Notes under the pieces: generated by a model
Databases searched by the model: none
The model's input: the letters and a program-made list of their open reading frames with translations, nothing else
Told to the model about the DNA's origin: nothing
In this document: piece after piece, positions 7,548-13,850 of the stretch
Numbering within the stretch: the first letter of the stretch is position 1
How the letters are laid out: every line of letters begins with the position of its first letter
From: Anaerohalosphaeraceae bacterium
Lineage (GTDB): Bacteria; Planctomycetota; Phycisphaerae; Sedimentisphaerales; Anaerohalosphaeraceae
Assembly (NCBI GenBank): GCA_050309605.1
Contig: JBNRMN010000035.1
Coordinates: forward strand, 1 to 13,850
Reading direction: 5' to 3'
DNA: 13,850 nt
Translations under genes and position numbers: made by a program

Positions 7548-10502
7548 TTAAAAACGAACAGACGATGCGGCGGTCTGAATCCATTTTAAGTTGAATCGAT
7601 AGTACAGTCTGCTGCTGATTAGATGGATCACGCCGTCAGGCGACTGAGTTGCTGCCAGGTAACCTTCCATTTCTGCTTTTACGGGCGTGGTTATGACCAC
7701 AGGATCTCGCGGAACTGACGCACCGAAATAGGAACCTACATTGAACGAACCGTGTCCCGGGGTTAAGAGCTTTCGTTCCGGCCAGGTATTCCCCTCGTCA
7801 TACGACAATGCGGCAAACATTCCGACACCCTTAAAAGGGCGTCCTTTGTCATCAAAAAATGTCATACCGACTGAATCGTTTCGATCTCCGGTAAATGATA
7901 TCAATAAAAGCGGTCCCTCACGAAGCCGCTTCAGTACCAATCGCTGTGCACTGCTAATGGGCGGAAACGGGCTGGCCGAGTAAATCCATGTTTTGCCGAG
8001 ATCACTTGAGACGCTTTTGGGCATATATCCATCAATCGGTTGCCCTCGACCAAAAGCCAAGAGGCGTCCATCTTCTAAAATTTCAACGCCCGCGTGGATA
8101 CCACGAATATCTCCCCCCGGATCTTCCCAAGTTCGACCGTCGTCAGCACTGACATGGATGGCGGTTGGACCCTGCCCCCCGTGTGTTGCATCACATGGCT
8201 GAATTAAAATACCATCCGGACAACGCACCATCCCGGCAATCACTTGATGGCGGCTTTGATAGACAGCGCCGGAAGAAATCGGCCGGGCGCAAGACCAGGA
8301 CACACCATTGTCCATGCTGGTTCGATGCAGCATGGACAGATAAGCCCATCCTTCTTCCTTTTCTCGCCCTACGCCGTTGATATGATGCAGTATTCCTGTG
8401 TTTGAGTCAAAAAAAATGGACGATCCTGTCATATTCCGATCCGGACTTTTGAAAAATTCGGATGATGTGTCCCATTTATGATGGCCGAGCCGAAAACGAC
8501 TGGCTAATATCGTCATCTCAGTGCCTTGCTCTCTTATTGTGCTGAACCAGACGGCCAGCATATCGCCGTTGGGTAACCACGTTATGTCGGGACAATGGTT
8601 ATGGGGATAAAACGGCTCGTCCGAACCGGTTGCAGGAGGGAATATAAACGGAATCGGCTCCTTAAAATAGGGGGTTTCCGGATCAATCAAAGGCCACGCA
8701 TAGGTTTGCTGTGATACGTTCTTTGCCCATTGCGGAGGGGCATTCTGCGGCTCTGATAAAGGAACGGTTTGCCCCACTTTGCCGTCAATTTCAACGATCT
8801 CAAATCTTCGATAAATGCCTGCCGACGGCACATCGCGCGGAGCGAATAAAACAGCGTCGGCGACTACATAGCTGCTGAAACCGTTTGCGAGGATTCGAAC
8901 TCCGGCCTCATCGCCATCGAAGACAAAACGCCCCAAACTGTTCCATTGCCCGCCGTTTTGATTTTGATCAACCTGAACAGTAGTTTGGCCGTTGGCGTGT
9001 GTGACAAGGTAGGGCACGGCGGCATATCGTGCACCGCGAATATTCCACCATGCGTACACTTCATAGACACCGGCTGTCGGCAAATGGGGGGTATAATTAA
9101 CTGTCCCCGTACCGCCCGGATCCATAAACAAATAATCCTCTCCGAACCGCTGGTCCGATAAACTGCTTGCTCCCCAGTTGCCTGATATCGTGACGGCCGT
9201 GCTGTTGGAATTATCGATGATGATATCATCCGGGCCGGGCTGATAAGGAGGCGGAGGCGGGGGAGGCATTTCAATAAGATCCAGATCAGAGAGTTTGATT
9301 ATTTGTATTTCAACTGACCGCTTGTCGCCGGAATGAGCAATATACAGATAGCCGTCGTGTTCAATCATATGCGGGTAATCAACATGACGGCCGCCGACGA
9401 CATAGAACATTTTATTGAAAACCAAACCGTCATCGCTAATGCCCAATACCAGCGGGTCCCGTTTGACGGGGTTGGCATTCGAAACCATCGCATAACGCCC
9501 GTCACTCAAACGCATGCCGTATATTTTGGAACGCGCATCAGGGTAGTTTGTCCGAATCGGCGTACTCCACGTTCGTCCGTTGTCAGTAGAAAATGAACGA
9601 AAAATGTAACCGCTATTGGCATTGTCGCGATACAGCGCCGCCTGGTTTCCATCCGGCAAATTCCACCATAGCGGTTCCTCGGCGCGCAGTCCGCTTTCCG
9701 TGCCCTGCACGGCGGGAACCGAAATCCACTGATTCAGTGATTCCGTGCCGCCGATGATAAACTGTGTTCCCACCGTCGAGTAATTGTAAGGACGGCGCGA
9801 CATCATCCACTCTCCGCCGGGCAACCGTTGAGGTGGAAAGTTATTGATCGTATTGTTGTGAACAACGCCGATATCCTTCCAGTTCCCTTCGGCTTCATTC
9901 CACTTAAAGGCTCTCAATTCAAGACTTGGCCCAAAAAAACCCGCCGCTTCATCAAGCGATGCCAGTGCAAGTAATTGACCTTCTCGGACCCAAAAACCTC
10001 TTGCAATATAACGAAAACCTTCACTGGATCGTGTATTGTAATACGGAGAATTCGGCCCTGAATCGGGGGGATAATCGGTGAGAAATTGCGGCGTACTCCA
10101 GGTCAGACCGTCCTCGCTGGTTGCATACTTGACCACTTGTCCCACTCGGTCCTCTCTTTCGGGGCCGTCGCTCCACATCGCCCAAAACCGTCCATGATGA
10201 TGAATCAGGTAGTTATGTTGATTAACGCCGCTTTGTGCGCGTACATCGCTGACAACAACATGTGTCGTCGGCACATGAGGCAGATTATCGAAGTCGATCC
10301 GATGGGTATCCGACGGCACCCAATTCCCCGCCAGCATCAGGGTCGAGTCCGGATTTTTTTCCGGGTGAGGATACAACGGACCAATGCTGAATTCCACGCT
10401 CATGGGTTGACCAACGGAGTCCGCACCGGCTGCGCTGCTTAGGCTTCCTGCGACAACAAGTGACAATGAACAAACAAATAAAAAATGTGGTATTCCCGCC
10501 AT
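7548..10502 (-). CDS. Secreted multidomain Asp-box (BNR/sialidase-like) protein: propeller 1, poly-Pro linker, Golvesin/Xly-type domain, propeller 2
   Basis: 984 aa; signal peptide. Asp-boxes SEDGLTW, STDNGRTW, SDDGLVF (domain 1) and SMDNGVSW, SADDGRTW, SSDLGKTW, SYDEGNTW (domain 2). P7 linker at 9246-9266; DIIIDN...GNW...GVYEVYAWW...VDQNQNGGQWNSLG.F.F...VVADAV domain at ~8838-9230. Confidence 0.85.
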   Translation of the reverse strand: MAGIPHFLFVCSLSLVVAGSLSSAAGADSVGQPMSVEFSIGPLYPHPEKNPDSTLMLAGNWVPSDTHRIDFDNLPHVPTTHVVVSDVRAQSGVNQHNYLIHHHGRFWAMWSDGPEREDRVGQVVKYATSEDGLTWSTPQFLTDYPPDSGPNSPYYNTRSSEGFRYIARGFWVREGQLLALASLDEAAGFFGPSLELRAFKWNEAEGNWKDIGVVHNNTINNFPPQRLPGGEWMMSRRPYNYSTVGTQFIIGGTESLNQWISVPAVQGTESGLRAEEPLWWNLPDGNQAALYRDNANSGYIFRSFSTDNGRTWSTPIRTNYPDARSKIYGMRLSDGRYAMVSNANPVKRDPLVLGISDDGLVFNKMFYVVGGRHVDYPHMIEHDGYLYIAHSGDKRSVEIQIIKLSDLDLIEMPPPPPPPYQPGPDDIIIDNSNSTAVTISGNWGASSLSDQRFGEDYLFMDPGGTGTVNYTPHLPTAGVYEVYAWWNIRGARYAAVPYLVTHANGQTTVQVDQNQNGGQWNSLGRFVFDGDEAGVRILANGFSSYVVADAVLFAPRDVPSAGIYRRFEIVEIDGKVGQTVPLSEPQNAPPQWAKNVSQQTYAWPLIDPETPYFKEPIPFIFPPATGSDEPFYPHNHCPDITWLPNGDMLAVWFSTIREQGTEMTILASRFRLGHHKWDTSSEFFKSPDRNMTGSSIFFDSNTGILHHINGVGREKEEGWAYLSMLHRTSMDNGVSWSCARPISSGAVYQSRHQVIAGMVRCPDGILIQPCDATHGGQGPTAIHVSADDGRTWEDPGGDIRGIHAGVEILEDGRLLAFGRGQPIDGYMPKSVSSDLGKTWIYSASPFPPISSAQRLVLKRLREGPLLLISFTGDRNDSVGMTFFDDKGRPFKGVGMFAALSYDEGNTWPERKLLTPGHGSFNVGSYFGASVPRDPVVITTPVKAEMEGYLAATQSPDGVIHLISSRLYYRFNLKWIQTAASSVRF

Positions 10503-10543
10503 GAATCTAACCTTTCCTTGATAGTGTGATCGCGTATCACCGT

Positions 10544-11335
10544 TTACTGAAGAAGTCCCAGGACAACCCGGAAACGATAATCATCGTCCAGTTCTGTACG
10601 CCAAACATCAGGATCGAATGCTTCGGGATTATTTCGGAATGAAACACTCCCGTCTGAATACAGCAGATTGACACCTTTGGGATTGCGGAAACCTCGTGTG
10701 TGCGGCAGCGTATCCAATCGAAACAGGATGTCTGTCGCCAGTGCATATCCCGGAAAAAGTTCACTGGCTTTACGCGCAACAGCCGGGAACGACTGAGGGC
10801 CTTGTGCACTGACTTGCATGGTGATTCGTTGGTTTTTTGACTGTGGCGTATAGTTGAAACTGGAACGTACATTGTGCATACTGACGCCGGATGGATCGCT
10901 GTTCCAGGGCCATCGTCCCGATGCATCAAGAAAATCTTCATAGCGAAATGAAACAACGGTAGTGCCTTCGACCACGCGCGGAGCACTCGGACAGTAATAC
11001 GCTTCGGGAGATTCGATGATTCCCAGTCGGTGCAGATACCCCAGCCCGTAAGTAGCATAAATATGTTCGCCGAACGGCTGTGACCGATCAACCCGATAAA
11101 CAAGATGCGTGTGGTATAGATTGCTGCCGTTGGTCGGCGGTACCAACCTGTCATCGTAGTGGGAGGCGTAAACAAAAATTCCCTGTCCCAAAGATTTCAT
11201 ATTGGAAGCACAAACAATACGTTTCGCCGTTTCTTTTGCCACTCTTAACGAGGGCACGACAATCGACAGCAACAGGGCAATAATCGCAACGACGACCAAT
11301 AATTCAATTAACGTAAATCCTTTTCTGTATCGCAT
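10544..11335 (-). CDS. Prepilin-type N-terminal cleavage/methylation protein (planctomycete DUF1559/SBP_bac_10-like)
   Basis: MRYRKG|FTLIELLVVVAIIALLLSIVVPSL..AKE.AK...C.SNMK.LG; YYCPS; C-terminal H..G.....GVNLLYSDGSV. ATG at 11335 has a GAAAGG RBS and is preferred over the TTG at 11356 in the ORF track. Confidence 0.9.
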   Translation of the reverse strand: MRYRKGFTLIELLVVVAIIALLLSIVVPSLRVAKETAKRIVCASNMKSLGQGIFVYASHYDDRLVPPTNGSNLYHTHLVYRVDRSQPFGEHIYATYGLGYLHRLGIIESPEAYYCPSAPRVVEGTTVVSFRYEDFLDASGRWPWNSDPSGVSMHNVRSSFNYTPQSKNQRITMQVSAQGPQSFPAVARKASELFPGYALATDILFRLDTLPHTRGFRNPKGVNLLYSDGSVSFRNNPEAFDPDVWRTELDDDYRFRVVLGLLQ

Positions 11336-11361
11336 ACTATCCAACCTTTCACTCAAGTCAG

Positions 11362-11401
11362 GACATTCCGGCGCCCGATACCCGCCGGACGCCGGAACGC
11401 C
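11362..11401 (-). other. Intercistronic 17-bp RNA stem-loop without U-tract
   Basis: Minus strand GGCGTTCCGGCGTCCGG-CGGGTA-TCGGGCGCCGGAATGTC: 17 contiguous pairs, 4 of them G.U, which pair only on the sense strand. Confidence 0.7.
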
Positions 11402-11460
11402 TTGGTATGCTGTTGTTTATCGTCGCCTGACAACATGACTGTTATCTGAGTGCGAGATAC

Positions 11461-13482
11461 TTACTCCTTGTTGACACAATCCGGATACCAACCGCAATCC
11501 AGCCAAACAGATGACAGGATTGCCAAGTCGCCTAAATCAACAACACAATTGCCGTCAAAATCAAACTCTGAGGCATATCCTTCTGTAACACACACAGGCT
11601 CACCGGTCACTTGGTGATAAAGCGAAGCAACATCCAGTTCATCAAGCACATAGTTGTAAACACGCAAATCATCCATTGCACCAAGATACGTCGGAGTTAC
11701 AATACTGCGGTCATTAGCATTAAGACGAACGCCCGCAATAAGAACTCCATGGTCCCAATCGTCAAAAGGAATGGTCGATGCCGAAGATGTCGCAACTTTC
11801 ATCCCATCGACATAGACAGACAGGTGATTGTCGGTTTCCCATGTCGCAACCACATGATGCCAGTTATCCGCTATCTGAAGCGGAGGCGACAGTACCGTAC
11901 CCACGGCGCGATTGTAGAACTGAACACTGGAATGCTGTATCAGTGAGAACGAGAAAGAAGTACTGTAATCATAGTTATTTGTATTTGACATCAATCGGCC
12001 TGCAACATCACTGACTCCGGGCTTAATCCAGCAGCTTATGGTGCCTTGTTCCAGACCGTTTCCGATTCCGGCTTTCGGATAGGCTTCCGGGCCAAGATCA
12101 ATATATTGGCTGACGCCGTCAAAAGAAACCGCCCAGTTGCCGACAATTCCGGATACAAAACCGGGAGACGACGTATTCGGATCAAGACTGACGCCCATTC
12201 CATGATTGGTTCCGACTAAATCATGGTAGGTCTCTTCGAAATCGTAGTGGGCAACAATCCTGTTGATCACCAGCGATGCCGATTGGCTTTGAACAATTTC
12301 ACCGCTTCCATTATTCAGCAGGCAATAATAGCGCCCCTGATCACCGAGAACAGCCGGGGATATGGTCAATGTTGTGCCGGTATTAGTCGTTTCGATGAAA
12401 ATTCGTTCATCCGGCACAAGAATCTGATCATTGCTTCCGTCAATATATTTTTTCCAGGTTACTGAAACGGGATAGATACTGAAAAATTCTGTTGTCAACT
12501 GAGCGGTTTGATCGCTAAAGACACGTACATCTTCAGGATGATTCAGGATTACGGGAATGGATTTTTTAGTGCTAAAATACCAGAGCGGCCCTCTGATGGT
12601 ATTGGGATCTCCAGGGGCAGTGGTTTCTCCGTTGATTTCAACCCCGTAATCAACGCGCCAGTAATACGTCTTGTCTAGTTCAAGACTCAGCGGGCCGTAA
12701 GAAGCAAGCGGTTCGGCAGGGTTCACTGCAACCGTCTCAACCGGTTCGAGATCACTCAAGTTGGGATCATCTGAAAAATACAGGTATTGCAACTGAATCC
12801 CGGGATCTGTTCCCGTATTCCAACTTAGCTCAACGTCTAGTTCCTGATTAATGGCTCCATCCGCCGGGGAGGGATTATATGCAACCCCCGAAATCACACG
12901 ACCGGTAACTTTGACATCATCAACCCGGAACGTAGCAGCGGTGCTTCCAAAATCATAAGCATACAAGCGAAATTCCGCTGTCCCTCCCCAAAGGGGCATT
13001 GGTTCTGAATTCGTATAGAAAACATATTTGGGAGAAGGCGTTGCCTGGACCGTACCTGAAAGAAGAAAGAACTCTTGGCCGGCAATAATAACGGACGCCT
13101 GGAACGGTCCGCCGTTAGATCCGGCATTGCTGGCATAGAAGCTCAGGCTGGTCCACTCGGCGACACTGTATCCCGGCTCCAATGAGATCGTAAACGTGTA
13201 ATACGAGCTCCCCAAAGGACCGACGTTGTTGTTCAGCGTGGCCGCGGGAGCATCGCTTTCTGTATTGACGGAAGTCGAGTTGAAACCGATTGTTCCCGGC
13301 CCCACTTTGGAAATGTCCGAGACGATCACGCCGGTCGCCTCTGCCGCATCCGCATAAGAACTTCCCGAAAAGGGGAAATACGCCAATGTTTCCGTTTCCG
13401 CGTGCGCTGGTACCACAAGCGCAAGCACAGCGGCGACCATCGTCGCCATAAGCACACAACTCATTTCTTTACGACTCATCAT
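11461..13482 (-). CDS. Secreted multidomain protein: N-terminal beta-sandwich, FnIII-like, Ig-like, LamG-like jelly-roll, C-terminal dockerin-like tail
   Basis: 673 aa; RBS GGAGG (13489-13493); signal peptide ..VVPAHA|E. FRLYAY...FRVDDV.VTG; AYNPSPADGA..LSW..YYWRVD..GPLWYFST; PVILNHPED..W..DQGRYYC (Ig); AHYDFE..TISCWIKP..WHHVVATW..VYVDG..GAMDDLRVYNYVL (LamG); DFDGNCVVDLGDLAILSSVWLDC. No catalytic domain recognised. Confidence 0.85.
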   Translation of the reverse strand: MMSRKEMSCVLMATMVAAVLALVVPAHAETETLAYFPFSGSSYADAAEATGVIVSDISKVGPGTIGFNSTSVNTESDAPAATLNNNVGPLGSSYYTFTISLEPGYSVAEWTSLSFYASNAGSNGGPFQASVIIAGQEFFLLSGTVQATPSPKYVFYTNSEPMPLWGGTAEFRLYAYDFGSTAATFRVDDVKVTGRVISGVAYNPSPADGAINQELDVELSWNTGTDPGIQLQYLYFSDDPNLSDLEPVETVAVNPAEPLASYGPLSLELDKTYYWRVDYGVEINGETTAPGDPNTIRGPLWYFSTKKSIPVILNHPEDVRVFSDQTAQLTTEFFSIYPVSVTWKKYIDGSNDQILVPDERIFIETTNTGTTLTISPAVLGDQGRYYCLLNNGSGEIVQSQSASLVINRIVAHYDFEETYHDLVGTNHGMGVSLDPNTSSPGFVSGIVGNWAVSFDGVSQYIDLGPEAYPKAGIGNGLEQGTISCWIKPGVSDVAGRLMSNTNNYDYSTSFSFSLIQHSSVQFYNRAVGTVLSPPLQIADNWHHVVATWETDNHLSVYVDGMKVATSSASTIPFDDWDHGVLIAGVRLNANDRSIVTPTYLGAMDDLRVYNYVLDELDVASLYHQVTGEPVCVTEGYASEFDFDGNCVVDLGDLAILSSVWLDCGWYPDCVNKE

Positions 13483-13577
13483 TTCATACCTCCATTAAAT
13501 TTGCACATTCGTGCGTTAACATTACTCTCTGCCAAAAAACGCCGGCGGTACTCCGAGCGATCTGTTTGTTAATCAGC

Positions 13578-13624
13578 AATATAAGTTGGCAGAAACAAAT
13601 CACCATTCCAAATTCTCAAATCAC
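13578..13624 (-). promoter_or_regulatory. Candidate activator-dependent promoter: direct repeats GTGATTTG plus TATATT -10
   Basis: CAAATCAC (+ strand) at 13596-13603 and 13617-13624 (21-nt period). Minus-strand TATATT at 13578-13583, whose -35 position overlaps the proximal repeat. Confidence 0.3.
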
Positions 13625-13665
13625 ATCATAAAAACCGCTGATGGATGACACAATATAGATGTACA

Positions 13666-13850
13666 CTATCTGTATTTTATTTTTCGGGTTCTTTTAATCT
13701 CCACCGGTGCTGCCTGATTTATTTCAAAGGCATCCACGAACTCGATGATCTTTCGCTGCTGATTGGCCGAGGGGCCGCGCAGGGGTTCGGCCGCGTAGCC
13801 GGAGCAGATGCCCAGATGCTCCAGTGCATATTTCACGCCCGGCAGATACC
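13666..13850 (-). CDS. 3' end (partial) of a DHDPS/N-acetylneuraminate lyase-family aldolase
   Basis: Minus frame from 13848 reads YLPGVKYALEHLGICSGYAAEPLRGPSANQQRKIIEFVDAFEINQAAPVEIKRTRKIKYR* (TAG 13668-13666). G-V-K-x-A-L-x-x-L-G-I....P-L followed by an amphipathic helix matches the C-terminal helices of the DHDPS/NanA family. Not in the ORF track. Confidence 0.72.
   Translation of the reverse strand, partial: YLPGVKYALEHLGICSGYAAEPLRGPSANQQRKIIEFVDAFEINQAAPVEIKRTRKIKYR

Noticed and set aside
9246..9266. G-rich run as a G-quadruplex or simple repeat
   Set aside because: Fully explained by seven Pro codons of the linker on the minus strand.
7548..10502. Calling the Asp-box protein a classical GH33 sialidase (nanH)
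   Set aside because: No FRIP motif is seen, and Asp-boxes alone do not define activity.
11336..11356. TTG start at 11356 for the prepilin-like gene
   Set aside because: ATG at 11335 has a GAAAGG RBS and gives the typical short basic leader MRYRKG|F.
244..13459. Numerous 60-210 aa alternative-frame and antisense ORFs (e.g. 459..1007, 3192..3800, 4919..5404, 10537..11175)
   Set aside because: They lie within or almost wholly overlap well-supported CDSs and show no family motifs; typical shadow ORFs.
13520..13600. TTGGCA on both strands as a sigma-54 -24 box
   Set aside because: Neither copy has TTGC at the -12 position.
13666..13850. Assigning nanA or dapA to the partial aldolase
   Set aside because: Only 60 C-terminal residues are visible; the catalytic and specificity motifs are outside the window.
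1..13850. CRISPR arrays, tRNA/rRNA, IS elements, classical Rho-independent terminators
   Set aside because: No regularly spaced repeats, cloverleafs, transposase motifs or GC hairpin plus U-tract were found by eye.

Overview
Two convergent carbohydrate-related gene sets, probably from a planctomycete (Phycisphaerae/Sedimentisphaerales-like). The taxon is inferred from the dockerin-like '..D.DGNC.VDL.DL..L...WL' tails and a DUF1559-type prepilin-like gene. Plus strand (1-3983): the dockerin-like tail of an upstream protein, a secreted GH43 xylosidase/arabinofuranosidase and a secreted GH97 glycosidase with the retaining-type signature. Minus strand (13850->4340): a six-gene co-oriented cassette. 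In order it encodes a DHDPS/NanA-family aldolase (3' end only, not in the ORF track), a secreted jelly-roll/FnIII/Ig/LamG/dockerin-like protein, a prepilin-type (GFTLIELL) protein, a 984-aa tandem Asp-box (sialidase-like) propeller protein with an internal Golvesin/Xly-type domain, a SiaT-like Na+:solute symporter and a cytoplasmic FAD-dependent oxidoreductase. The cassette looks like a SusC/D-independent utilisation locus for a sugar acid (possibly a ulosonic acid). Several intergenic hairpins and repeated motifs are visible. No RNA genes, mobile elements or CRISPR arrays were seen. All family calls come from motif recognition, not database searches.
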